From Tepidiforma sp. (GTDB lineage Bacteria; Chloroflexota; Dehalococcoidia; Tepidiformales; Tepidiformaceae): DNA of 64,000 nucleotides. The notes under the pieces are model-generated. The model searched no databases. It had not been told where the DNA came from and saw only the letters and a program-made list of their open reading frames with translations. Every line of letters starts with the position of its first letter. The stretch's first letter is position 1. The DNA is taken from positions 5,009 to 69,008 of the forward strand of contig NZ_DAOUAO010000122.1 of the NCBI RefSeq assembly GCF_034433535.1, given 5' to 3'. This document shows, piece by piece, positions 1 through 10,450 of this stretch. The position numbers and the translations under genes are program-made.

Positions 1-743
1 CCCGCATCCTCGAGGAGTTCGGGCACCAGGCCGACGCGCGCGGCCTGTTCACCATGGCGGTGACGTGCTACCTGGTGCGTTCCGCCGGGAAGACGATCCT
101 CATCGACACCGGGCTTGGGAGCCGCAGGCGGCCGGGCTTCCCGGTCGGGCGGCTCGATGGCGCGCTCGCGGATGCCGGGGTCGCCCCCGGGGATATCGAC
201 CTCGTGGTGCACACGCACCTCCACATCGACCACGTGGGCTGGAACACGGTGGACCGCCAGGGCGGCGCGCGGGAGGTGTTCTTCCCGCGCGCCGAGTTCG
301 TCATCCAGCGGGCCGAATGGGACTACTGGATGCAGCCGGAGCGCATGCACGAGCCCGGCAACGAGCACCTGGTCGAGTGCGTCGAGCCGCTCCGCCACAC
401 CGGCCGCATCCGCTTCGTGGAGGGTGAGGATGCGATCGACGAGCACCTGGTCTTCGTCCCGACACCGGGCCACACGCCGGGGCACGTCGCGATCGGCATC
501 GTCGATGGTCCGGAGCGCGGGATCATCATCGGCGACGCCTCGCACCACCCGATGCAGCTGCTGCACCCTGACTGGTCGCCGGCCTTCGACGTCGACCCGG
601 TCCTCTCGGCGAAGACGCGCGACGCGCTCTTCGACCGGGTCATCGCCGAAGGGCGGACGCTGCTTGCCGGGCACTGGCCGTTCCCCGGCATCGGCCGCCT
701 GGTGCGCCGGGACGGCGTGCGCGTTTTCGAGCCGCTCGGCTGA
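1..743 (+). CDS. MBL-fold metallo-hydrolase, 5' end probably outside the window
   Basis: ORF 54..743 has the metallo-beta-lactamase motif HTHLHIDHVG plus later His/Asp ligands (PTPGHTPGH, GDASHH). The same frame stays open upstream to the window edge (..RILEEFGHQADARGLFT-M). MBL proteins normally have more residues before the ILIDTG strand, so ATG 54 is probably internal. Confidence 0.8.
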   Translation, partial: RILEEFGHQADARGLFTMAVTCYLVRSAGKTILIDTGLGSRRRPGFPVGRLDGALADAGVAPGDIDLVVHTHLHIDHVGWNTVDRQGGAREVFFPRAEFVIQRAEWDYWMQPERMHEPGNEHLVECVEPLRHTGRIRFVEGEDAIDEHLVFVPTPGHTPGHVAIGIVDGPERGIIIGDASHHPMQLLHPDWSPAFDVDPVLSAKTRDALFDRVIAEGRTLLAGHWPFPGIGRLVRRDGVRVFEPLG

Positions 744-782
744 GCGGTTGCCGCGGACGCGCGCCGGGGCTAGCGTTGCGCC

Positions 783-2591
783 ATGCGGCGGGTCGCATGG
801 TTCGTGCTCCTGGCGTTCCTCCTTGGTGCCGACTCCGGGTTGAGCGGGTCCCCGGCACTTGCTGCGGGGTCGATCGTCGTGACCTCGACCGCTGACACTG
901 CGGGCACCTGCCCCCACCCGACCCAGTGCACGCTGCGGGCAGCGATCCAGGCCGTCAACGACGGCAGCGATGGTGACCCGGCGACCATCAGCTTTGCGCC
1001 CGGCATCTTTGAACCGGAAGCGCCGGGGGTCATCGAGATCGGCACCACGCCGCTGCCGGCCCTCTCACGAGCGGGGGGCGTGATCGACGCCACCGGGCGC
1101 GGCGTGGTGCTGCGGCGGGCCGGGGTCAGCATCAGCGGGTCGCACGATGGGCTGCGGCTGACCGGCGCCGGGGCGACCGTGCTGGGGCTGACCATCGAGG
1201 GCTTCGGCGGCACCTGCCTGGCCGCCAGCGGAGAGGGGGCGCGGATCGGCGGTCCGGGCGCCGGCAACCGCTTCGTCGATTGCGGCGTGGCGGTGCTGGC
1301 AGATGGCCCCGGCGCCCAGGTGGAGGGCAACGTCATCACCGTCAGCTCACCGAACGACACGCAACGGGTCGGCGTGGCGGTGACCGCCTCCAACGTGCAG
1401 GTCGGCGGACCGCCGGGCAGCGGGCGCGGGAATATCATCAGCGGCCCCTCGGTGGGGGTGCGGATTGCCGGCCCGGCCGCCCCGCCGGTCACGGGCGTTA
1501 CGGTAGAAGGCAACGAACTCCGCGACGGCGATGGCCCGGGACAGGCGATGGAGCGGTGCATCGAACTCAGCGGGGCGGTCGGCCCGGCGCTCGTGCGGCT
1601 GAACGCGGTCGGCCCCTGCGGTGCGGGGGTGGTGCTCACGCCGGCGGAGGAGGACTCGCGTGCCCCGCGGGGGGTCACCATCAGGTCGAACGAATTTTCC
1701 GGGTTGCGCGGACCGGCGATCGACCTCGGCGCGGATGGGGCTGGCACGCCGGGTAGCGCGGAGCCACCCGGGCCGAACGACTGGGCTCAGGCGCCGAACA
1801 TCACGCGGGCCGTCGGCACGGCGGTCGAGGGGAGCGCCTGCGCCGGCTGCCTCATCGAGCTCTACCTCGCGTTCCACACGCCGGGCGGGGTCGGCGATTA
1901 CGGCACGGTGTCGCTGGGTTCGCCCGTGCCTGCCGACGAGAGCGGGCGTTTTTCGGCGGCCGTCGCGGGGCTGAGCCCCGGGCAGTGGCTGGTCGCAACG
2001 GCGACCGACAGCCAGGGCAATACGAGTGAGTTCAGCGCCCCGGCGCGGGTCGGCGCGGGCGCGATCCCGTGCGGGGCAATGATGCTGCGCCCGGGGTGGA
2101 ACCACGTGGCCTACTTCGGGGCGCAGCCGCTGGCTCTCGGGAACAGCTTCCCGCCGGGACAGCCGGGCGCCGTCACGGCCATCTACCGGTACGTCGATGG
2201 GACGGGCGGCTACGAGCGCTGGCTGGCCGGCACGACCATCGGAAGGACGCTGACCGCGCTGGAGCCGGGCGAGGAGTACTGGGTGCTCGCAACCGCGCCG
2301 GCCACGGTCGAGGGCGGGTTCTCGGTGAGCTTCCCGGTGCCGGTGGCCCTCCAGGCCGGCTGGAACGACTTCACCTACCTCGGGGCCTCGGCCGACCCGC
2401 GCGACGCACTGGCTTCGCTCGCAGGAAGGGTTCGAACGCTCGCCCGCTGGGATGCGGACCGGCAGGCGTGGCTTCGCTATGGCAACGAGACTATCCCCGC
2501 GTGGGCCCAGGAGCTGACGGAGGTTACCGCCTGCGCGGTCTACCAGATCGAAGTGGCGGAGCCGGCGACCCTGGCACCGCTCCAGCCCTGA
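783..2591 (+). CDS. secreted right-handed parallel beta-helix repeat protein with duplicated C-terminal GWN modules
   Basis: Signal-peptide-like N-terminus (MRRVAWFVLLAFLLGADSGLSGSPALAAG). CTLRAAIQAVNDG cap motif typical of secreted beta-helix proteins, and Gly/Val-rich repeated turns. The C-terminal third carries LRPGWNHVAYFG and LQAGWNDFTYLG modules. Confidence 0.65.
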   Translation: MRRVAWFVLLAFLLGADSGLSGSPALAAGSIVVTSTADTAGTCPHPTQCTLRAAIQAVNDGSDGDPATISFAPGIFEPEAPGVIEIGTTPLPALSRAGGVIDATGRGVVLRRAGVSISGSHDGLRLTGAGATVLGLTIEGFGGTCLAASGEGARIGGPGAGNRFVDCGVAVLADGPGAQVEGNVITVSSPNDTQRVGVAVTASNVQVGGPPGSGRGNIISGPSVGVRIAGPAAPPVTGVTVEGNELRDGDGPGQAMERCIELSGAVGPALVRLNAVGPCGAGVVLTPAEEDSRAPRGVTIRSNEFSGLRGPAIDLGADGAGTPGSAEPPGPNDWAQAPNITRAVGTAVEGSACAGCLIELYLAFHTPGGVGDYGTVSLGSPVPADESGRFSAAVAGLSPGQWLVATATDSQGNTSEFSAPARVGAGAIPCGAMMLRPGWNHVAYFGAQPLALGNSFPPGQPGAVTAIYRYVDGTGGYERWLAGTTIGRTLTALEPGEEYWVLATAPATVEGGFSVSFPVPVALQAGWNDFTYLGASADPRDALASLAGRVRTLARWDADRQAWLRYGNETIPAWAQELTEVTACAVYQIEVAEPATLAPLQP

Positions 2592-2610
2592 GCGCGTATA
2601 CTCGGCCGCC

Positions 2611-3828
2611 ATGACGATCGAGATTCGCCCCTGCGCCGACCGGGAGGAGCTTCAGGAGTACGCCCGGATCGTGTCGTATGTCTTCGCCTCGTCCGAGGGC
2701 ATGGACGAAGAGCTTGCCAGCACCCAGCCCGACTGGACGGTCTGCGCGTTCGTCGATGGGCGGATGGCTTCGACCCTGGGCATGTTCCCGTTCACGGTGC
2801 GCCTGAATGGCGCGCCAGTGCCGATGGCGGGGGTGACCGCGGTCGGGACGCTGCCGAACTACCGACGCCGCGGCCTGCTGCGGATGACGATGCGCCGCGC
2901 GTTCGAGGTGATGCGGGAGCGCCGCCAGCCGCTGGCGATCCTCTGGGCGAGCATGGGCGCGATCTACCAGCGCTTCGGGTACGGCCTGGCTTCGACGCAC
3001 GTCTCGTATCGTTTCGACCCCCGGCTGGCCGGCTTCGCGAACCCGGCGCCCCCGGCATCAGGCCGCGTGGAGCTCCTGACGCCCGAAGAGGCACTGCCGG
3101 AGCTGAAACGGATCTACATCGCGTGGGCGACGCCGAGAAACCTGTGCATCCACCGCTCGACCGAGCTGTGGCGGGTCTCGACCCTTCGGCCGCGGAAGAA
3201 GGGCCTGCCGGTCCACGTCGGGCTCTACCGGAGCGCGGACGGCGAACCGACAGGTTATGTCGTTTACACGGCCGAGAACGTCGACCACCAGCCCGACGAG
3301 GGGGAGCAGGAGCTGCGCGTGGCCGATTTCGTGGCGCTCGACCCGGAGGCCTACGGCGCGCTCTGGCAGTTCCTGCGATCGCACGACCTGGCGCGGCGGA
3401 TTGAGTTCGCGCGGGTGGCGCCGGACGACCCGGCACCGGCGCTGCTGCTCGAGCCGCGCGCGCTGAACCGGCGGACCGCCGACGCCATCTGGATGCGTGT
3501 GGTGGATGCGGACGCCGCGCTGGCTGCCCGGCCCTACGGTGCACGCGGAGAGCTGGTAATTCGCATCGACGGCGACGAATTCTGCCCGTGGAATGAGGGC
3601 ACCTGGCTGCTGGAAACCGATGGGGCCGCGACTGAAGCACGTCGGACGGAGCGCGAGCCGGACATTACGCTCCGCCCGGCGGTGCTGGCGTCGCTGCTGG
3701 CCGGGCACCGGAGCGCAACCTTCCACGCGCGCGCAGGTCAGCTCGTCGCACGTGACGCTGGGGTCCTGCGGCGGGCGGACGACCTGTTCCGGGCCGAGTA
3801 CGAACCGTACTGCCCGAACAGCTTCTAG
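2611..3828 (+). CDS. GNAT family N-acetyltransferase, Eis-like three-domain type
   Basis: GVTAVGTLPNYRRRGLLRMTMRRAFE acetyl-CoA-binding segment. The ~400 aa length and layout fit Eis-type GNAT with an SCP2-like tail. No SD; TATACT lies 8 nt upstream of the ATG. Confidence 0.7.
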   Translation: MTIEIRPCADREELQEYARIVSYVFASSEGMDEELASTQPDWTVCAFVDGRMASTLGMFPFTVRLNGAPVPMAGVTAVGTLPNYRRRGLLRMTMRRAFEVMRERRQPLAILWASMGAIYQRFGYGLASTHVSYRFDPRLAGFANPAPPASGRVELLTPEEALPELKRIYIAWATPRNLCIHRSTELWRVSTLRPRKKGLPVHVGLYRSADGEPTGYVVYTAENVDHQPDEGEQELRVADFVALDPEAYGALWQFLRSHDLARRIEFARVAPDDPAPALLLEPRALNRRTADAIWMRVVDADAALAARPYGARGELVIRIDGDEFCPWNEGTWLLETDGAATEARRTEREPDITLRPAVLASLLAGHRSATFHARAGQLVARDAGVLRRADDLFRAEYEPYCPNSF

Positions 3829-4409
3829 CGGTCGGCCGAGCCGACCAGCCCGAGGTAGCGGTCGCGGTCAACGGCGCGCGCCGGGCGATGCTTCACATCA
3901 TCAGGGCCCATGGCGCGCAGCCAGGTCGCGAACTCGAGCAAGATGCCGTCCGGGTCCTGGAAGTAGAACGACCGGATGAAGACGCCGTCGTGGAGTTCGC
4001 GGGAGACCTGCCGGGGGCTGTCATCGTGGTTGATGATGGGCGTGACGTGGACGCCCTTTGCCTTCAGCTTCGCGTGGTACTCCTCGAACTTATCGGCCGG
4101 GACGTTGAACGCGACGTGGTTCATCGAGCCGTGCGCGCTCACCATTTCGCCTTCCCCGGGCATGCCAGCCGGTGCGGAGATGCCCGGCGCGGCCTCGGGC
4201 GCGTTGGGGAACCAGAAGAAGGCGAGCGAGTCGCCGTTGCCGATGTCGAAGAAGAAGTGCTGGCCCATGTTGTTGGGCAGCTCGATGGTCTTGATCAGCG
4301 GCATGCCGAGGACGTTCGTGTAGAAGTCGACGGTCCGCTCCATGTCGCGGCAGACAAGGGCAAGGTGATTGATGCCGCGAATCTCGAACTCGGGGTTGGT
4401 GCGTTCCAT
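3825..4409 (-). CDS. VOC family protein (glyoxalase/bleomycin-resistance/dioxygenase fold)
   Basis: INHLALVCRDMERTVDFYTNVLGM and MNHVAFNV module starts typical of paired VOC modules. Start trimmed from 4439 to ATG 4409 (MERTNPEF), which has GGAGG 7 nt upstream. Confidence 0.8.
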   Translation of the reverse strand: MERTNPEFEIRGINHLALVCRDMERTVDFYTNVLGMPLIKTIELPNNMGQHFFFDIGNGDSLAFFWFPNAPEAAPGISAPAGMPGEGEMVSAHGSMNHVAFNVPADKFEEYHAKLKAKGVHVTPIINHDDSPRQVSRELHDGVFIRSFYFQDPDGILLEFATWLRAMGPDDVKHRPARAVDRDRYLGLVGSADR

Positions 4410-4525
4410 ACTGCTGCCTCCATCGACCGGCTCCAGCACCGGCGGATGCGCTCAGCTTACACGAAGCGGCGCCGCGCCTGTACAGGGCGTCCAAAAGATT
4501 GTCCGGCCGATTCGCCCGGGTCGGC

Positions 4526-5185
4526 TCAGTCGATGTCCTGTCGCCGGTTGCCGAATCGGTCCCAGTGGGTGATCGGGCCAAGCGGCTTGCGCGGGGCGAC
4601 GCCAAACCTCCCGCGGGGGCGGCCCATTGGCACGAGTGCCGCCAGCTCGAAACGGGGCGGGATATTCAGCAGCTCGCGAAACTCGTGCTGGTAGACACGA
4701 ATGACCGTCGTCAGCGTGGTGCCGATGCCGAGCGCGCGGGCGGCCAGCATGAAGTTCTGGACCGCCGGGTAGACCGATGCGTAGGGGGTGCCGACATCGA
4801 GCGGTCCCTGGTCGTCTTCGAGGGTCATGGAGATATTGGGCATGAGGAACGCCACCAGCACCGGCGCGCGGCCGATGTTCCGTGCCAGGTGGCGCGACGA
4901 TTCGAGCACGCGGCGGTGGCGCTCGGCTTCCGCCTCGTCGCGAAAGGGCGGCGTGGCCGCGAGCATGCGGGGTTCGTAGCGCTCGTAGGCGCGCCGGTAG
5001 AGCTCGCCGACCCGTTCGCGGAGGTCCGGGTCGCGGATAACGAGGAACTGCCATGGCTGGATGTTACCGCCGCTGGGGGCCTGCCGCGCGGCGCGCAGGC
5101 AGGTGAGCACCTCGTCGTCGGTGACCGGCTCGTCAGTGAACCGGCGGATGGCGCGGAGGGTCATGATGCCTTCGAGCAGGTCCAT
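4526..5185 (-). CDS. nitroreductase family protein (possible flavin reductase partner)
   Basis: LRAIRRFTDEPVTDDEV..ARQAPSGGNIQPWQFLVI signature of the nitroreductase fold. The ORF-track N-terminus (Arg/Pro/His-rich) was trimmed to ATG 5185 (MDLLEGIMTL). Confidence 0.8.
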   Translation of the reverse strand: MDLLEGIMTLRAIRRFTDEPVTDDEVLTCLRAARQAPSGGNIQPWQFLVIRDPDLRERVGELYRRAYERYEPRMLAATPPFRDEAEAERHRRVLESSRHLARNIGRAPVLVAFLMPNISMTLEDDQGPLDVGTPYASVYPAVQNFMLAARALGIGTTLTTVIRVYQHEFRELLNIPPRFELAALVPMGRPRGRFGVAPRKPLGPITHWDRFGNRRQDID

Positions 5186-5196
5186 GCGCGGCGCTC

Positions 5197-6363
5197 CTAG
5201 AGCATGAAGGTGTCGGTGGGGAGCCCGAGCATGATGCGCCCGACGACTTCGTACGTGGGCTGCCCGACCATGACGTGCTGGGTGAGGGTGTGGATATCGC
5301 GGAAGTGGCGCTGCAGCCGGCTGGTCTCGTAGATGGAAGTGCCGCCGCCGAGGTTGTAGCAGATATCGACGGCCCGGGCGCACTGGAGGGCGGCGTTGGT
5401 GGCAGCGAGGCGAAGGCGGGCGCGGTCCTCGATGGTGAGCGGGTCGCCGGCGGCGGCTCGCTCCCATGCGTGACCGACGGTCTCGAACAGGAAGGCCCGG
5501 GCCGAGCCGAGGAGCGCCTCCGCCTCGGCGATGCCGGACTGGGCGGCGGCCCGTTCGGCGAGCGGACGGCGGCTGCCGGTGGGGGTCTTTCCGCGGGCGA
5601 GGACGAGCAGCTCATCGATGGCGTCGCGGGCGATGCCGAGCCCGACAGCGGCGACCCCGAGGGCCAGCAGGCCGTACAGGGGGAACCGGTAGAGCGGCCC
5701 CTCGGCCCAGGGCCGGGCCGCACCGATCGGGACCGTGCGGTATTCGGGCACAAAGGCGTCGACCACCTCGTAGTCGTGGCTCCCCGTGCCGCGCAAGCCG
5801 GAAACGTGCCACGTATCGTGGATGCGGTAGTCGCCGGCCGGGAAGAAGAACATGCGCAGGTGGGGCACGTTGCCGTCCAGCAATTCAGGGCGCCCGTCGT
5901 TGCCGACGACGGGCGAGCCGCCCAGCAGCCAGGTGCAGTGCGGCGAACCGCTGCCGTAGGCCCAGCGGCCGGTGACGCGGTAGCCGCCGTCGACGCGGGT
6001 CGCGTGGCCCTTCGGCATGAGCATGCCGCCGGTGATGGAATCGGGGTTGCCGTGAATCTCGACCGCGCCCTCCTTCGGGAGGAGGGCGGCGGTGATGCCG
6101 GTGGTGGCCGCGATCATCAGGCACCAGCCGGCCGAGCCGTCACCGCGGGCGACCGCCTCGATAGCGGCCACCAGTTCGGCCACGGTGGCTTCACCGCCCC
6201 CGATCTCGCGCGGCACCAGCATGCGGAAGAGTCCCGCCTGGCGCAGCGCATCGACGACCGGAGCCGCCAGCCGCCGACCGGCTTCGGTGGCATCGGCGTG
6301 CTCCCGGGCGAGTTTCGAGATGGCAACGGCGGCTTCGACAGGAGAGCGTTCCGCGACCTGCAT
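5197..6363 (-). CDS. acyl-CoA dehydrogenase-fold flavoprotein (group D flavin monooxygenase-like)
   Basis: The LFRMLVPREIGGGE, RVTGRWAYGSG and RHFRDIHTLTQH segments resemble ACAD type-2/HpaB-C2/HsaA-like oxygenases. Start trimmed to ATG 6363 (MQVAERS). Confidence 0.75.
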   Translation of the reverse strand: MQVAERSPVEAAVAISKLAREHADATEAGRRLAAPVVDALRQAGLFRMLVPREIGGGEATVAELVAAIEAVARGDGSAGWCLMIAATTGITAALLPKEGAVEIHGNPDSITGGMLMPKGHATRVDGGYRVTGRWAYGSGSPHCTWLLGGSPVVGNDGRPELLDGNVPHLRMFFFPAGDYRIHDTWHVSGLRGTGSHDYEVVDAFVPEYRTVPIGAARPWAEGPLYRFPLYGLLALGVAAVGLGIARDAIDELLVLARGKTPTGSRRPLAERAAAQSGIAEAEALLGSARAFLFETVGHAWERAAAGDPLTIEDRARLRLAATNAALQCARAVDICYNLGGGTSIYETSRLQRHFRDIHTLTQHVMVGQPTYEVVGRIMLGLPTDTFML

Positions 6364-6424
6364 GGAGACCTCCAGCGGTTGCGGAACGGTACCGCGGGTG
6401 ACGCCCGGCCGGCAAGAGGTGAAC

Positions 6425-6574
6425 TCAGGCGGCCTTGCGGGCGCCGAACGGCCAGAGCCGCCGGCGAGGCTTCTGTTCGGTCGATTCCTTTGGCGGGGCG
6501 AAACCGCGGCCGCACCCCTGGCAGTAGGCATAGACGTTCAGGTTTTCGCGGCCGCACCACGGGCAGGTTCGCAT
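6425..6574 (-). CDS. small zinc-ribbon protein (49 aa), absent from the ORF track
   Basis: Hand translation gives MRTCPWCGRENLNVYAYCQGCGRGFAPPKESTEQKPRRRLWPFGARKAA with two CxxC pairs. AGGAGG lies 6 nt upstream of the ATG. It sits directly upstream of, and co-directional with, the ACAD-fold gene. Confidence 0.5.
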   Translation of the reverse strand: MRTCPWCGRENLNVYAYCQGCGRGFAPPKESTEQKPRRRLWPFGARKAA

Positions 6575-6640
6575 GGTGGTCCTCCTTCTGGTTGGTCGCG
6601 GCCGGCCGGCGCCGGGCCCTTGCAGCGACGATGATAGCCC

Positions 6641-7708
6641 CTAGCGGAAGCGTCGGGCGGCCAGGATCGGCCAGGTATCGACGACCTCGCCTCCGCGGCG
6701 CACGTAGTAGACGTCGTGAAGGTTGAGCGTGGTATCGCCGTGGCTCGGGATAAGCTCCACGCGGTCGCCGGGGCGCAGGCCCGCGACGCCTTCGCCGCTG
6801 AGGATGGCGTGCTCTTCGCTCAGGCGTGCCGCCTTCAGCCGGCCATCCGGGCTGAGCGGCGGCCCGAATTCGTTGGTGAGCGACTTGAGGCCGCAATCGG
6901 CGACGGCGTAGCGCTCCCGGACCGAGATGACGGTCGTCAGCAGCGTCAGCGCGAAGCGAAACCGGCCCGGCACGAACTCCTCGTTATGCAGGTCGTTGAA
7001 GACGTAGGTGCCGGCCTGGACCTCCGTGATGAACGGGAACGTTCGGGCCAGCTCGACGCTCGCCGTTCCGGAGGTCGAGACGATGGCCGGCGGGAGCCCG
7101 GCCTCGGCGAGGGCCTCCACGTGCGTGCCGACCACGCCCAGCGCTTCGCGAATCAGCGCCTCGCGTGCCTGCGGGTCGGACTGGCCATACATGTGGCCCT
7201 CGTAGCCCATGATGCCGCGGTAATCGATGCCGGCTTCGACCAGCCGCCGGGCGAGGCGAACGGTCTCGGCAGGCGAGGAGGTCCCGCAGCGGCGCAGGCC
7301 TGCGTCGACTTCGATCACGGCGGCGGCGCGGGTCCCGGCGCGGGCTGCGGCCTCAGCGAGGGCGTCGACGGTCGCATCCAAATCGACGGCCACGGTGATA
7401 TCGACCCCGCGGGCGAGGAGGGCGGCGAGCCGGTTCACCTTCGGCTCGCCGATCACCTGGTTCGCCACCAGGATGGGGCCAAGCCCGGCATCGGCGAGGA
7501 CCTCGGCTTCGCCCAATTTCGCCACGGTGATGCCGATCGCCCCGGCATCGAGCTGCATCCGCGCCACCTGCGGGCACTTCGGCGTCTTGAAGTGCGGGCG
7601 AAGGCGCACGCCGCTCCCGGCGAGCAGGCGCTGCATGGTGGCAATGTTGTCTTCGACCGCGTCGAGGTCGAGGAGCAGGGCCGGGGTGTCGATGTCGTCG
7701 ATGCGCAT
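6641..7708 (-). CDS. DSD1-family PLP enzyme (D-threonine aldolase / D-serine dehydratase-like, alanine racemase N-terminal fold)
   Basis: MRIDDIDTPALLLDLDAVEDNI..RLRPHFKTPKCPQV carries the PLP-lysine motif HFKTxK. ~355 aa length. Confidence 0.75.
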   Translation of the reverse strand: MRIDDIDTPALLLDLDAVEDNIATMQRLLAGSGVRLRPHFKTPKCPQVARMQLDAGAIGITVAKLGEAEVLADAGLGPILVANQVIGEPKVNRLAALLARGVDITVAVDLDATVDALAEAAARAGTRAAAVIEVDAGLRRCGTSSPAETVRLARRLVEAGIDYRGIMGYEGHMYGQSDPQAREALIREALGVVGTHVEALAEAGLPPAIVSTSGTASVELARTFPFITEVQAGTYVFNDLHNEEFVPGRFRFALTLLTTVISVRERYAVADCGLKSLTNEFGPPLSPDGRLKAARLSEEHAILSGEGVAGLRPGDRVELIPSHGDTTLNLHDVYYVRRGGEVVDTWPILAARRFR

Positions 7709-7747
7709 GGCCGAGACTCTACCGGCAGGCGGGCGGGGGCGCCACGC

Positions 7748-9598
<1,851 letters not shown>

Positions 9599-9602
9599 AG
9601 CT

Positions 9603-9689
9603 CCAGTGTGCGGGAGGTCCTGCGCTCGGTGAAGCCGGCAGGCTGTCAGCGGCGGCCTTTGCGAATCCGCCGGCGCGGCCGCACACTGG
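9603..9689. promoter_or_regulatory. divergent typA/clpP promoter region bounded by an 11-bp perfect inverted repeat
   Basis: CCAGTGTGCGG (9603..9613) and CCGCACACTGG (9679..9689) are exact reverse complements. Read outward, each gives CCGCACACTGG with a -10-like CACACT. Candidate -35 boxes are TTCACC (typA side, N17) and TTGCGA (clpP side, N17). Confidence 0.35.
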
Positions 9690-9714
9690 TACCACGAAGT
9701 ACGGAGGAGCCGCG

Positions 9715-10410
9715 ATGAGCAGCAGCTACGACCTCATCCAGGAGCTGATTGCCGGCAAGCGACCGGACGCCGACCTGGTGCGCCCATCGGACATCATGCC
9801 GTTCGTCATCGAGAGCGACGGCCGCCGGGAACGGGCCTACGACATCTACTCGCTGCTCCTGAAGGAGCGGATCGTGTTCCTCGGGACGCCGATCGACGCG
9901 ATGGTGGCGAACCTGGTGGTGGCCCAGCTCCTCTACCTGGCCCGCGAGGACGACGAGAAGGACATCATGATGTACATCAACTGCCCGGGCGGGAGCGTCA
10001 CGGCCGGGCTGGCGATTTATGACACGATGAACCTCATCCGGCCGAACGTCTCGACCCTGTGCATGGGCCTGGCGGCGAGCATGGGCACGGTCATCCTCTG
10101 CTCGGGCACGAAGGGCAAGCGCTACGCGCTTCCCCACAGCACCATCCACCTGCACCAGGTGCTGGGCGGCGCGCAGGGCCAGGCACGCGACATCGAAATC
10201 CAGGCGCGGGAGACGCTCCGCCTGCAGCGCGTGCTCCGCACCATCATCCAGGAGCGCACCGGCCAGCCGATGGAGAAGATCGAGCACGACACGGACCGCG
10301 ACTTCTGGCTTGACCCGCCGGCGGCGAAGGAGTACGGCCTGATCGACGAGATCCTCGAGCGGCCGCCCAGGGGCGAGAGCAGCCCGAACGGCAAGGTCGC
10401 CGCGAACTAG
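9715..10410 (+). CDS. clpP: ATP-dependent Clp protease proteolytic subunit
   Basis: [28 protein letters not shown] and MGLAASMG (catalytic Ser) motifs. GGAGGAG SD 6 nt upstream. Has a ~25-aa N-terminal extension relative to typical ClpP. Confidence 0.92.
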   Translation: MSSSYDLIQELIAGKRPDADLVRPSDIMPFVIESDGRRERAYDIYSLLLKERIVFLGTPIDAMVANLVVAQLLYLAREDDEKDIMMYINCPGGSVTAGLAIYDTMNLIRPNVSTLCMGLAASMGTVILCSGTKGKRYALPHSTIHLHQVLGGAQGQARDIEIQARETLRLQRVLRTIIQERTGQPMEKIEHDTDRDFWLDPPAAKEYGLIDEILERPPRGESSPNGKVAAN

Positions 10411-10422
10411 GACCACCGACGG

Positions 10423-10450
10423 TTCCGCATACGGAGTTCCGCATACGGAG
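10423..10450. repeat. 14-nt direct tandem duplication TTCCGCATACGGAG x2
   Basis: Exact copies at 10423..10436 and 10437..10450. The second copy runs into the 5' arm of the adjacent hairpin. Confidence 0.9.

Noticed and set aside
4477-4486. 10-bp perfect palindrome CCTGTACAGG upstream of the VOC gene, as a possible operator.
   Set aside because: A single short palindrome with no second copy or half-site seen in the window and no adjacent regulator gene. It could easily be chance.
9603-9689. Interpreting the 11-bp inverted repeat as the closing stem of a riboswitch-like structured leader.
   Set aside because: The two arms lie at the extreme ends of a divergent intergenic region. No single transcript is likely to contain both, and each arm matches the -10 hexamer family seen at other promoters in the window.
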